Shown here one piece after another: positions 24,700 through 37,112 of a stretch of DNA of 64,000 nucleotides. This stretch comes from Camelus ferus. Its lineage: Eukaryota. A program made the translations under genes and the position numbers. Each line of letters starts with the position of its first letter. The first letter of the stretch is position 1. The stretch covers positions 6,698,001 to 6,762,000 of the forward strand of contig NC_045698.1 in the NCBI RefSeq assembly GCF_009834535.1, in the 5' to 3' direction. Below the pieces are notes generated by a model. The model did no database searches and was not told where the DNA came from. It saw only the letters and a list, made by a program, of their open reading frames with translations.

Positions 24700-24930
24700 T
24701 TTCCAGATCACCAGGCTCTGGGCTAAAAGGTTGAAACTATTTACCTGTTGACCCTTCACAATAACTCTGTATGCTGGAAATTATTACCACCACTCAATGG
24801 ATGAGAACACTGAGGCACAGACAGGTTAAGTAACGCCCCCCCCCATCAGAAAACAAGGAGGTGAAGATGGGATTCAGATGGTGCCGCTGCTGTCATCAGA
24901 GGCTGAATCTTTACCCCCTCTCTACTATGC
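24700..24930 (-). mobile_element. MIR SINE
   Basis: GATGAGAACACTGAGGCACAGACAGGTTAAGTAAC core. Confidence 0.85.
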
Positions 24931-24936
24931 ACTAGA

Positions 24937-25094
24937 CCGGGGATGGTGAACATTCCCTGTAAAGGCCAGGTGGCAAATATTTAGGCTTTGTGAGCCACTG
25001 GGTCTCTGTTGTAATTCTAGGTAATAGATAAATCAATTGTGCTCCAATAACACTTTATTTACAAAAGCAGGAGGGGGGCCACTGTTGGTGATCC
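24937..25094 (+). mobile_element. MER58A-like hAT MITE (internally deleted)
   Basis: CTGTAAAGGCCAG...AAATATTTAGGCTTTGTGAGCCA...GGTCTCTGTTG...CCAATAACACTTTATTTACAAAAGCAGG. Confidence 0.85.
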
Positions 25095-25287
25095 CAGTGG
25101 TGCTCAAATTTAAGCGTGTCTCAAAATCATTGAGAGGGTTTGTTCAGATCAGACTGGTACCCAGCACTCTCCTGAGTTTCTGATTCAGTACGTCTCGGGT
25201 GATGCCCAAGACTTTGCATCTTTACCCTGCCTCCAGGATGCAGCTGCGGATGCTGTGTGTCCTGGGACCACCCTTTGAGGATGTCTG
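25095..25287 (+). mobile_element. MER5A hAT MITE
   Basis: CAGTGGTGCTCAAA...GAGTTTCTGATTCAGTA...TTTGCAT...GGGACCACCCTTTGAG, near full length. Confidence 0.88.
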
Positions 25288-25449
25288 CCGTGGCCTAGTG
25301 CACAGCCTGCATGCTATCTCCTAACAGTCAATCAGAGTTCATGTAAAATGAGGCCATTCCTATGACTAAATCCCCATCACCTCCGTCCCCCTGCAGTCTT
25401 TATTCTCAGGAATTTCATTTTCAGGAACATCAGCTCTTCAGACATGAAC

Positions 25450-25548
25450 CAGCTTTTATCTCCTTGGTATTCACAGTGCTGGACATAGTGACTTATGTTA
25501 CCAGGCGCTCAAAAATGTTTGCTTGTAGAATGAAAACAAAATGAATGA
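25450..25548 (+). mobile_element. LINE-2 3' terminus
   Basis: CAGGCGCTCAAAAATGTTTG...AATGAATGA. Confidence 0.65.
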
Positions 25549-26482
25549 CCACGGTGCTGTGTTAGATTATTTCCAACAATTTTAGAATGTGACAAAAATA
25601 CTAAGGATTTGGGTAAATTGCTCAAGCTCAGAGCATGGCGTTACACAGTGTGGGGGAACTGTTTGAATTGTACGGTAACTCACTTTTTTCCCACTTAACA
25701 AATTTAAGGAAAATCTACATTTTAAGACAGTCCTGAGTTTTGTCCAAGTCACATTGAATGCAGCCTGCCTGGAGTTGTGATTCTCTGTAAGGAGAAGCTG
25801 GTGCCTGTCAAGATACTGTTCCTTAGTGATTGGAGACAAAAGGGCTTGTAGGTTATAGGATTTCAGGGATGGCGTTAGCAATCTGGGCAATAACAGATCT
25901 TACAGTTCAAAGATTGGATGAGGCTGACTGGACATGTCTAGAAATAACTCAAACATAAGATAACCTGTCCAGACTGACTCCCCCTCGGGGTAAATAGCCA
26001 GGTGTAAGGCAAGAAGCAAGCTACTTAAAAATCTCAGTGCCCTGGCCGCCCCATAAGGGTGTCTGGGCCCCGTGATTCTCTTTATTTAGAAAAATGAGTG
26101 GGAAATTAAAATGTTCTCCAAACTATTTGACTTCTTTAAAAAAGAACATCATTTGGTTTCAAAGGGTAACTCCCCCTACACACACCCCAGTTTTGGGAAA
26201 AGCTGAACGCAGCCGCAGAGTGAAAGGATCACTCACTGTCTTCGGTACACAAGCATCAGGGCCTTCCTGCGTCCAAGTGTTAATTTGAACTGACAAAACA
26301 CTCTCAGCACTTTAATTTTATTTCATAATGAAAATGCAAACGTAACTTCTATGCGTTTTTGTTTCAAGTTTAATGGCTCACTTTCCTGAGGTCGGCAAGC
26401 AGATGGAGTATAAGGCGAGAATGTATAATTGCAGATTATGAAACTGCAAAATTAATATTACTTTGTTAATGTCAAGATAAGA

Positions 26483-26650
26483 TTTGAGAGCCAAAAGGGA
26501 TTTTCAAGATCATTGATTTTTAAACCTCATCACACAGATGAAGACACTGGGGCTGGAGCGAGTATGTGTCCTTCCCGGATTCACAGAGCCGGTTGGGGAC
26601 AGAGCTACATCTGATGCATGGTCTCTTGGCACGTAAACCAGTCCTCCCAC
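26483..26650 (-). mobile_element. MIR SINE
   Basis: AAGGGATTTTCAAGATCAT...CCTCATCACACAGATGAAGACACTGGGGC...TCACAGAGC...GGACAGAGCT. Confidence 0.65.
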
Positions 26651-26899
26651 CCCGATGCACCACCCTCCCCATTAACTTTTTACACGAGAGGGGCTGTAAT
26701 TTACCCCTCACTGCTTCCCTTTCCAAGGGACGTACTTGTGCACAGGTGCACACACATCTATAATAATGATTTGGCTATCAATTTGAATTTAGTCTCCCAT
26801 TTTCAGATATTTCATAATTTACTTGGATCTGCTAACAAAACAGTGTACAAAGACCATACAAGAATTATTCAAGGATAACTCAGCCTCTCTCTGTGTGGT

Positions 26900-27090
26900 C
26901 ATAAGGATTTAATTGGGCTTAGTATGACAGAGACCCAAAATAACAGGGTCTTAAACACTGGAGGCAAAGGAAAACCCAGAGCTGTGATGATATAATGCTT
27001 CCCAAATTTCTCAGGGGCCTGCCTCCTTCTCTCTATGGCTCTGCCATTCCTAGTGGGCTTCCCATGTCTCGGAGTCCAACATGAGCTCTA
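26900..27090 (-). mobile_element. MaLR LTR fragment (MLT1J-like)
   Basis: GACAGAGACCCAAAATAACAGGGTCTTAAACA...GCTCTGCCATTCCTAG. Confidence 0.6.
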
Positions 27091-27429
27091 CCAATGAGCT
27101 ATACCCTCCAGAACCCGGCACTCCTGGCTCTAGTTTTAATTCACCTCTTGGTGCATCAAGTAGCATCCAGAACAAACCAACATTCTGAATTGTCTGATCA
27201 TTTCCCTGAATGTTGCTGAAGCATGTGATTTGCTTCCCAGGATACAGCAGGTGACCGTGTCCCCGAGTGTTTTGTCACCGCATAACGAGGATCACCAGCT
27301 TTCTAGCCACCACGATCTGTGTCTTTGCCACCCACTATCAAAATGTTGCATCTAAGCCAATGACATGGATTTTATGTTCTCACAAACCCAACATTGCCCT
27401 TCTAGGAATCGAATTCTGCCCTCTAGTTT

Positions 27430-27825
27430 CAGGTGTGAGTGGCCGCAACTCAGATTCATGGTGGCTCAGGAAGGAAGACAGTTTACTTCTTTCTCACATA
27501 AAGTCTAAACTGCTGTCTCCGCTCCACGAGGTCTTCAGGCACCCAGGCCCTTCCTCCTTGGTGCTGCGCCACACCTTACTGATCCCCCTGTCTTCACGGT
27601 TCAACATTTCTGACCACCATATCCACCAGTGAGGAGGCAGGAAGAGGGACGATATGTCCTGGGAGATTTCACACAGCATTTCTGTTCAATCCCATTATTC
27701 AGAATGAAGTCTAAGGAATAAACTCATTTTTCAGCATGGCTTGGTGCCCAGACAAAACTCAAGGTTTTCATTGCTCTAGGAGAAGGGGAGGCTGATACGG
27801 CGGAACATGAGCAGGGTTTGCCGCA
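27430..27825 (-). mobile_element. MaLR solo LTR (MLT1J-like)
   Basis: GTTTACTTCTTTCTCACATAAAGTC...CAGGCACCCAGGCCCTTCCT...CATTTCTGTTCAATCCCATT...TTTGCCGCA. Confidence 0.72.
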
Positions 27826-28189
27826 TGATGGAGTCTTTTTACTGGGAAGCATAAATATTTAGAAAAAAACTGTAATTAGTTTATAGGTATAATTGTAGTG
27901 CGACTACACTTTTTACCTTTCAATTTCCCTCCTCTGAAATATTGGTGATACTTCCAACAAGGAAATTTCAGGAAATTCCTCATATAAAATGCTAGGGCCT
28001 CCTGACCCTTCACTGTCATTTGCTCTTCCCTCTATTCCCAGGTGTTGGGCATCCACCCTGGGTGATGCCAGAGTAGGCTCTCCTTATATCTGAAATGATG
28101 TTAAAATGAGTGAATGACCTTTAGGTAACTGCTCAAAGTTCACAATTTTGATACAAGCAGTTTAACTCCGTATTTTAACTTGCCCATTA

Positions 28190-29060
28190 AGCTTTTATTT
28201 TCAGTGGGCATAATTTTCATTGTTGGAATGTCCGTGGTTCTTTTGCAAGACCCTTGAGCCCATTTTCCATATCCTTTTGTGGTATTAGTCATCTCAAGGG
28301 TGCTAATTTTGCTGTTAGCATCTTATTTTTCCAGTGTCTAAATCTACTGTTTGTGTGTTCTGCTGACGCATGCACATGGTAGATTGCTCTTTTGTGGTTT
28401 TTAAAGTTAGATTGTGAGTTTGTGCTCAGTGGGGCTTTATCTGTGGAAACCCCGAGTGTCCTGGATTAAAATATGTCCCTTGGAGAAGGTTTTGGGCTTC
28501 CCAGGAGTGATACCAAACTGGGGCAATTTTTTTGTTGCTGTTAATTTCCTCCTTGGAGCATCCCACATATAATAACATCAAACTCAAAACCTTCATGGAA
28601 GAAATCTCATGGTTATAACTTTTAAGGGAAGAATTTTTCCCACCATAAGCTCAGGAGAAAAACCACTTTATTATCTCTTTGCTGCTGAGTAGATGTTTTA
28701 CATTCCCTTTCATTGAGGCTATGGCCAATCAGTGGCTTCTGGGGTGGAGGTGTGGGGGAGGGGGAGTAATGGCCATCACATCATCTTGCACGTCCCAAGG
28801 CCTTGTTTCCTGTGACCATTAAAACCTAAGCCCCTTGGTCATTGGTCACCAAGGTAGGCGTGCCCCACCTGCCCTCTCTCCCAATTCACACAAAGCAACC
28901 AAGGGAATTTCTATTCTTTCTTGATTTGTAGCCCCCAGGAGTTTCCTTACTTTGTTGGGAGCTCCACTCTGCATGTTAAAGAAGTTTGGTTTATTTTTAT
29001 CCAGCCTTTCCTGATGTTCAGCAGTGGGAGGAGCTTCAGAATACCTAGAGGACCACATTT
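28190..29060 (-). mobile_element. Ancient HAL1/L1M 5'-region fragment
   Basis: T-rich, with GATTGTGAGTTTGTGCTCAGTGGGGCTTTATCTGTGGAAA...CCTGG...CCCTTGGAGAAGGTTTTG, typical of reverse HAL1/old L1 5' ends. Confidence 0.65.
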
Positions 29061-29114
29061 CTGTAAAAAGAAGTCAACTCCCTACCTCGTTCATGTAGAA
29101 GTTACATACTTCAA

Positions 29115-30430
29115 CCTAAAAAAAAGTAACAGAAGCAATAGGCTGAAAGAAAACATTTGCAACATTTGTCACAAACAAGGCTTACTGTGTTTGTATAACG
29201 GGGCGCATCTGGCTAACTGAGATGGATCCCAGATGCTCCTAGGTACAGACAGGGGCTCTGCCTCCCCTCCCCAGGTTACCCTGGCAAATTCTTGCACCCT
29301 AAGGATGGGCATGCACAGAGTTTAGAGGATCAGCACTACTGTTTTCCCAGCTTGGATAAGACGGTTTCTCTGTTTACTCCCAAAAGTATTCTTGGCCATT
29401 GATGGCAGCTGTATGGTTTCCCAATATGGTGTCTTAATGGCAGACATGAACAAGTGGGAGCAAGACCAAGATGGAGAGAGAAAGTCAGAGAGCAGGCAGT
29501 GATGGCAGCTCACTAGTCAGGCTTATTAGCGCGTGCTGGGATTCGTCTGGGGTCTCCCAGAAGTGATAGGGAGGGAGTGGATACTTTGTAGTGAGCTGAT
29601 TTCTGGCAATTAGCCCTGGAGTGACTGAGCTCTTCTAATTGATTGGGTCCCTAAAACTAAGGTGACTTGATAGCACCAAGACATGGACCACTTGGGTGAT
29701 GCTAAATATAAAGAGTGCTTAAGAAAAAGAAAATCCCAAACAAAAGTTGAATGAAGGATAATTCATCAAAGGAGTGATGAAATAAATATCAAACACACAA
29801 ATTAATTTTGCTAAAAAATTAAATAACAATGAGATATATTCTTCTACCAAATTGACAAAGATGATCAAATATGTATTTTGCCCTCTTGTTTGTCTGACTG
29901 ATGGGCATGTAAATCTGTATAAGTGTTATGAAGGGAAATACTTAGCAAGAGATTTTAAAATGAACATACATTTAATTCCAAATCTATTTAAAGAAGTAAT
30001 AAGAGGCTTACAGAAGTAGGGGACAGACACTGTCCCTGTGGCATTCTTACACACAGTGAAATGATGGAAGCAACATAAATATCTCACAAGAGAAGCGTAA
30101 TCAAATACGTGTTTTTCCATCCATTACATATAGCCAGTTTGGAGCCAGTTGAATCTTGCTTTCTTCTCAAAGCCTATTTCAACTCATGGAAAACTGCTTG
30201 TGGTGACATTCTTATGAAAATTATTTATAACATAGTTATGTTATGTCAGGTGAAATACACAGGCTGTGAAACAATATGTAAAATATATAGTCCTTATTTC
30301 GTATTTATATGAGTATTCGTGACAAAACAAGTAGTAGCAGGTATACAGACGGATGGTTATCATTTTCTCCATCATGAAATTCTCCGTCGTTTAATTTTTC
30401 GCAATGAACATGGGTTATCTTTATTTTCAG
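29115..30430 (+). mobile_element. Old L1ME-like ORF2 end and 3' UTR, interrupted at ~29195-29705
   Basis: AAACATTTGCAACAT...ACAAACAAGG continues after the insert as ATATAAAGAGTGCTT...AAGAAAAAGA. Later landmarks: AACAATGAGATA and TTTTTCGCAATGAACATG. Confidence 0.75.
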
Positions 30431-31524
30431 TGGAAAGGACAGTAAAAGCTATTCGTATGATTATATTGTCTTGATCAGTTGGGATTCCACGGCTCTAGAG
30501 ATTTTACTCCCTTTTTCCCTGAGGCACACGTCCGAAGAGATGGTCAAGGTGAGGACAGCTGTGTGCCCCTGGCCTGGGCTGGCCCCTCCGGGTCACTGCC
30601 CACTGCCAAGGAGGGCTGCTGGAGACCACCTTGGCTCTGGGCTTGGAGGGGCCCCACTTCTGCTCAAGTGCCCCCTGAGTTGGTCCTCACCACCGAAGAC
30701 TCTCACTGCACATTCCTTTTTGTTTTTCTTTTACCTTTGTTCTGAATTGTCTCTTTCTGAGCCTTTCTGTTGGTTGGCAATTTCACCACTCTGTGTGTTG
30801 AGTTACAGGTACGTATTAGGTGCAACCAGAAGGAAGTGCCAATAGATCCTTATTTAGTGGAAAAGTCTTTTTCCTGATTGATTAGACATTCTAGGTAACT
30901 GGCTGCCCCGTGTGGGCGGTGATGCTGGACAGAGCTACGTGGGGTCTAAGCACACTTTCACATGAGCACAAACTGGTTGATTTTTACTCAGATATTTTTA
31001 GAATAATACTTTCTCACTAATCTAAACCATCAACGTACAGGGTTGGGTTGGAGTATTGACATTGAAATAAGCTTCCTATATATATAAAAAAACAGTTTCT
31101 GCCTGCTTTCAATTTAGAAAAATAAGCCTGAAGAGAAAAAAAATCACTTTTACAACATTTAAAAATTGATTAGATTTGTGAGATATTTCAAAATTAATTT
31201 TAATTCAAATGTTAAAAGCTACAGATGACTGGAAATAATGTAAAACAGAAAATGCAATTTTAAAATACATAGTTCATGTTGAGGTAGAGGAAATATTCAC
31301 CTCAAATTATCCCTGGAGTAGAAGAATAAAATAAATATGTATAAAATAAAATGTAATCTAGAAATGAAAGCCAAAAGATCTTAGCAGTTCCCGGGCAGCA
31401 ATTAGAAAATGGGTCAAGTAATTACTGCTTAAAATAATTTTAGTTCTCTTTATCATATGACGCTGATCTTTATCTTGGTTTAAGAGATGAGATTCTCTTG
31501 GCACACAGTGATGTTACGAAGTAT

Positions 31525-31945
31525 TCCTCAGACAGGCAGCTGGGATGCGCAAGTCTGACATTGGAAAGGGGTTTGGGAGTCTTCAGTTCAGCCATGGTTA
31601 GACAGGATAAGAACAGGCATGGGGAAGCTCAAAGTGGGAGGACTGAGCCTTGGGGCTCAGAATTAGGAGAGAAAGGAGGAACCGGCAATGGATTCAGGAG
31701 TGTCCAGCGACATAGGAAGGAAGCTGGGATGTCCCAAGGTCCGGGAAGCCAGGAGAAGGAAGCAGTCCTGGACGAGACAGAAATCAAACCCATCGATGCT
31801 GCTGAGAGGTCAGCTAAATGGAAAAACGCCCAGTGGATTTAACCACGTGAACTGACGAGAGTAGCTACTGGGAGTGGAGGAGCAGAAGTCTGAGAGATGG
31901 TGAGAAAAGAACTGTGGGATCGCAGATCGTTTTACACGGTTTTCC
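31525..31945 (-). mobile_element. LINE-2 fragment
   Basis: AGGCAGCTGG...TTTGGGAGTC...GAGGACTGAGCCTTGGGG...GATGCTGCTGAGAGGTCA...GTGGATTT. Confidence 0.78.
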
Positions 31946-32251
31946 TACATTTGTGGACAGACAAAACCCCTAACATTCGTAGACAGAATGAACAGTAAGA
32001 AGAGGCTCACTTTACTAAATATTTAAAAGTGTAAATGCAGCTAACAAGTTGTTAAGAAAAGATGTTCAATCGTTATGGCCGGGGGTGGGGGGAAAGATGC
32101 CTTTAATGCAAGATGTTCCCATTAAAAAAGACCAAGTAAAGCAGATCTGGGTTCTTTCTGGAGATTTTCTTACAACTGCAGGTGATTCTGCAATTTTCTC
32201 AAAAGTCATCATTACAATGATCTCACACGTTAAAGATTTGCAAATGATAAC

Positions 32252-32353
32252 CACTACCTATGAAAACAGAAAGCAGATTTCTTCTGTACAGCACAGGGAA
32301 CTATACTCAATATCTTGTAAAACCTTTAATGGAAAAGAATATGAAAATGAATG

Positions 32354-32393
<40 letters not shown>

Positions 32394-32480
32394 TATATAT
32401 ACGTGACTGGGACATTGTGCTGTACACCAGAAATTGACACATTGTAACTGACTATACTTTAATTTAAAAAAAATTAAAAA
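32252..32480 (+). mobile_element. Lineage-specific (camelid-type) L1 3' end, 5'-truncated, with (CA)n
   Basis: CTGTACAGCACAGGGAACTATACTCAATATCTTGTAA...GCTGTACACCAGAAATTGACACATTGTAACTGACTATAC plus an A tail. Flanking TGATAAC at 32245-32251 and 32482-32488. Confidence 0.9.
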
Positions 32481-32564
32481 GTGATAACTTTAGATAACCA
32501 CCAGAAGGCCAGGTTTGAAGCTGATATTAGAACTCCTTCAAGCTCTGTTCAGAGCTGCGGGAAA

Positions 32565-32710
32565 GGACTCCCTACATAATTTGCAGGAACCAGTGCAAAT
32601 GAAAATTTGAGGCCCCGTGTTTAAGAATGATTAAAAATTGCAAGATGTCGCCAGCAAAGCTTTAAACCAAGTGTGGAGAGGTCTGAGCAGGGCCTTGTGA
32701 CGGCTCTAAT
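32565..32710 (+). mobile_element. MER45A-like hAT-Tip100 MITE
   Basis: CTACATAATTTGC...CCAGTGCAAATGAAAAT...GGCCCC...TTAAACCAAG. Confidence 0.8.
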
Positions 32711-32864
32711 TTTACAGTCCTTTCTAGTAGGGACCGGGTTGTGTGGCTGGGCTTCCGGGGGCACTGCCTCCTCGCCCACATGTGAGGTAGAAGGGGAGGG
32801 AATGTTGGTGGTGGGCTTGGAAGCTGTCTCCAGCTATACATCAAAAATGGGGTCAGACTTTTTA

Positions 32865-33188
32865 TTACATGCTCTCACCTCTTCTAGGCATTTGTCCACA
32901 CGTCACCCTCTCAATGATGCCTACCTGATGGTTCCTTTTAAAATGTCACCCCTTCTCCCCATATACTTTGTTCTCCTACTGAGCGCCATCCCCACCCTCC
33001 ACCCCCAGGACATGTACCATCTTATAATGAAGAATATATTTTACTTTTATTAGTAAAATAATACTTTCACTATAACATAAGCTGCACAAGGACCAGGATT
33101 TTTATCTGTTTGGTCCTGAAAAGAGTGCCAAGCTCATATTTAGTGCTCAGTAATGTATGTTTTTGACTGAATGGTCAAATGGATGAAT
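32865..33188 (+). mobile_element. LINE-2 3' fragment
   Basis: TAAGCTGCACAAGGACCAGGATTTTTATCTGTTT...GTGCTCAGTAA...GAATGG...GGATGAAT. Confidence 0.75.
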
Positions 33189-36100
33189 ACAGGGTGTAAT
33201 AAATCAGTCCTGATGTGAGGCCTCCCTGCAAAAGTCCCCGACCCACAACATCTCTGCTCCTCTGGAGTGTGCGTCTTAAATTACACCAGTGGAACCCGGC
33301 TCCTTCCTCTCCCTGTGGTCCTCTTTAAAATGCAAACATGGCAAGGGTTGAACATTATTTAACACTAAGGTTGTGTCAGCATTTTACTGCTTTTGGCCCC
33401 AGAAAGAGTCTCAAAGCAAGGAATGGTGGAAATGTCACCTTTAAAGTGTAAAACTGAAAACAGCAGAAGACAGAGAGTAACTGAGCAGAAGACTAGGCAA
33501 CATTTTAAAGTTGGTTTCACAAAAGCAGTCATCAGACACCCTGTGTGAGTTCAGCTCAAGATTCTCAAGGGGCTCTCACTCTGATTGTTAGAGCCAGGGA
33601 GGGATTAGCCCCGAGAGGATTTACTCCTCCAGGGGACCTGAGATGCCTGGGGTGTCTGGAGGGACCAGGGTGCTTGTGGAATGATGCCAGAGGGGGAAAG
33701 TGGTGGGGGAAAGAGGAGGGCTGTTAAAGGAAAAATGCCCAGGGGTCCAGAAAGGAGGGGCTAGGAAAGAGGCCACGAGCAGATTTCATCCCCTCCCAGG
33801 GCCCCTGAGCCAGGCCTGATCGGCCGAGTCTGATCAGGAGGCATGGACCTTGGATCGCATTTCAGGTTAATGGATGAAATCATCCTCCTGTCAATTCATC
33901 TTTCTCCTGGTGTCCATGATTACTGAGCTTCGGAAATAGGGGGAAAGACAGATGAAGAGCCCATTCTGGGAGCCCTGCCTCTAATGGTACCTCTGCCAGT
34001 ACGATCCACCGGAGTGAGTTCTACCAACGCTTCCATGGAACAGACCCTCTGTATTTCTTCATTATTTAACTTCTGAATCAAGATTAAGTCTGGTTTATGG
34101 ACCATCTTGTGGCTGCTTACTGGGGCAAGGTGAGAATAAAAAGAAATTGGAAAAAAGAGAAGAAATAAATAAAGTAAGTTCATCTGATCCAACCCACTCT
34201 CTCCAGTACCCTATATATTTAGCTGATTGTCCCCATGGTCTGGCGTTTGGATTTGCCCCCAGTTGTAACAAAAGCCTGCAGTCTTTCTCCCCCACCCCGG
34301 GTTAATTGATCCACTTTGCCAGCCTTCTCTGTAGATTAGGGAAATGGCTGTTCCTTAGTCTTTATACCAAATGGAAAGAAGGAACACCAAGGAATGATCA
34401 TTTCTACCTTTGAAAAGAAACATATTAAAACAAAAACAGAAATTATTAATCACTCCCTAGAAATGATCATGAGTTTTCCCCTTGGACCTATAAGGATGCC
34501 AGATTAGATAACTGTGCCAACTCAGTGTGTCCGTCTTGGGGCTTCTGTGTCACTCACAGCATTAGCAGGAGAGGAAGATCTCCAGCACTCACTACACAGC
34601 CGTAACTGGGGAAGCATCCCAAAGGCAAACAAAGGAGTTTTAAAAAATGGTTGGAACGCTTGCTAAAGAACCCATCTGTGTTTCAACAGCTCCAAGGGGA
34701 GCCGTGGTAAAGTTCCAGCTTCACAAATCAGTCACTCTCCTAAAGGATTCAGAATCGCTGCACTCCAGCCCAGGGTGGGGAGGCGCAGCAGGCTTTGCCC
34801 AGCGGGAGTGCCGCGACTGCTGCCTGCCTCTCCTTCCCCACAAATGCAGTGATTACTGTGTCACTTTTCTTCAAAGATCACTTTTTGGCCGTTTGCTTGT
34901 TTTTGTTGTTGCTGCTGTTCGTGGGGCTCCAGATAAGACCTGATGGAGAGACTGAAATTCTGGACTTTGATTGAAAGGGGTCCAGGGAATATTTTCCTCC
35001 ACAAGGGGATGAGGTGTGTTGCGTGCAGAAGGGTTGAAGGAATATTTGTGACCCAGAGAGTGCACTGGGGTAGCTTGTGTTACTGTTGTCCCCTTTTGGC
35101 TCCTTCTTAACTGTAAGAGGAGTGTCCTTCTCCTCCCCTACTTGACTGTGTCACTTGCTTTCGCCCACAGGTGGGAGCGGATAGGATGTCAGCTATGTCT
35201 GGGCAGAAGCCCCCAGAGCCATGCGGTGTTCTCCCAGCCCCTCTCCATCTCTGCCCTTAGCCACGCCCATGGCCTGTCCCCAACAGGGGCTGCACCTCCA
35301 GCTTTGGTGCTGGAAGGAAGACACATGAAGCTGACGCACAGATGACATCAAACATGGGTGAGCAGTAAACCAGAGATTTGGAGGTTGTTCCTGCAGCAAA
35401 CTATCATGAAAATTGATGGATAGATTCTGGAACAACCCCACTCTTTGTTTGGTTGATTATTTACATAAGGAGACTACAGCAATGCTTGCCTATGGAGCAC
35501 CTGTAATCTGGTCAAAGGTTTGGGTCAATCAAAGTTTAAAAAATCCAAAAGATAAAAGGCTGGCGGTCTGTGAGCAACACATCTAGATTACAAACTGAAA
35601 CTTGGACCAGAGTGAAGATGTGGCCTGGCCAACTACTGTTTGACAGTCATCATCCTGTTACAAGAATTCTTCATGCTTTTGAATTGAGGAGTACCCTGGT
35701 TGTTAGAACCTGCTTGCACTCTCCATGACTATACTGTGGGCTGCATGTGATTTTTCTCAGGGAGGAGCCAAAACTGACTTCTTCAAAGATGAAGCAAAAT
35801 TCAGAAGTTTTTTTTAGCTGGATATTTATAAATTTAGAATGGGACATCCACCCATAACTGATTCAGGTATCATTTGATTTCTCTACTGTTTTATGTAAGT
35901 TAATTTTAGAGGGGATCTGACAGACTGATATTCTTTGTTCTCTTCCTCTCTTTTTACCCCAAATAAAAATATGAGGACTCAACAGATTCCTTCTTAAAAA
36001 AAAAGAATCAGCATTGAAACTCACATACCCAAAGTCATTTGTATAAACTGCAGGGAAAGCTGTTACTCTCCTGTAATCAGCAGGCTCTAAACAGAAGTTT

Positions 36101-36669
36101 GATAAAGCCCGTCAGTGTGGTTGTTAGAGCATCAATAACCTTGGCCTTTAGGAAGGAGGCTGAATGAAGACGGATGGGTGGCGGGCTCTGGCCAGTCAGG
36201 CTCTTCCACTGCCAATCGCGGATGCCGACATCCGTGCCAGCGGCCATGCTACCCTAGTGCAATTAACAGATGCCTGGGCCAGAGCGACTGTTCCTCACTG
36301 TTGCCATCACTCTGACTTTGCTGCTGACTCTTAATCATTTTAACAATGTGGCATGCTGCTATTTTTGTTTGTTTGATACATGCTGGGGTGGCAATATTTT
36401 CCAAAGAATTGTTCAGAATGGGATAAAATCACTAGTTGACTTGTGCAAGTTTTAAGTATTTTTAATGGCAGGAAAGTTAGCATGCATGACAATAAAAGAG
36501 GCACATTGGAATCTCCCAAAATCAATAGGACAATTTAAGCACACGCCTGCCTTATGTTTCCCTGAAGAGAAATACTTTATAGCTCCTTTGACATAAAATA
36601 TAAACCTACCATGCATTAATTTACTTGAGTGGTTTTGATCTCCATATATTTTCCATCTGTACCTCTGAT

Positions 36670-37112
36670 TTATTAGGGCAATGCTGTAACAAACCCAACA
36701 TTCAGGTTAAGATAATGAGATTTTTTTTCCTGTTCATGTAATAGTCCAGTGAGAAATTTCTCATTAGCAGGCTGTTTTGCTCTAACTAGTGATTCAAAGA
36801 CCCTAACACCCTCCTACATGGAACTCCACTATCCCTGGGTGCTGCGGGAGACCCCCTGAAGTTTCAGTTTTCAAACAGCAGAAAGTCAAGGAGACGGTGG
36901 ATAAGGCTCATTTGCTCCTTAAATAACCCAGCGAAGATATGATGCACATCACTTTTGCCCACATCTCACTGGAGAGAACTGGTTCATGGCCAGATCTGGA
37001 TATAAAGTTGAACTGAAAAATGTCCTAAGTTAGGCCACCACCTACCAGACATGTCTCTATATTGTGGAAGAGGGAGCACAGTTTGGGGTTTATAGGGAGC
37101 CGTCTCTGCCAC
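36670..37112 (-). mobile_element. MaLR solo LTR (MLT1K/L-like)
   Basis: GCTGTAACAAACCC...CACATCACTTTTGCCCACAT...GTCTCTGCCACA terminus. Confidence 0.8.
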
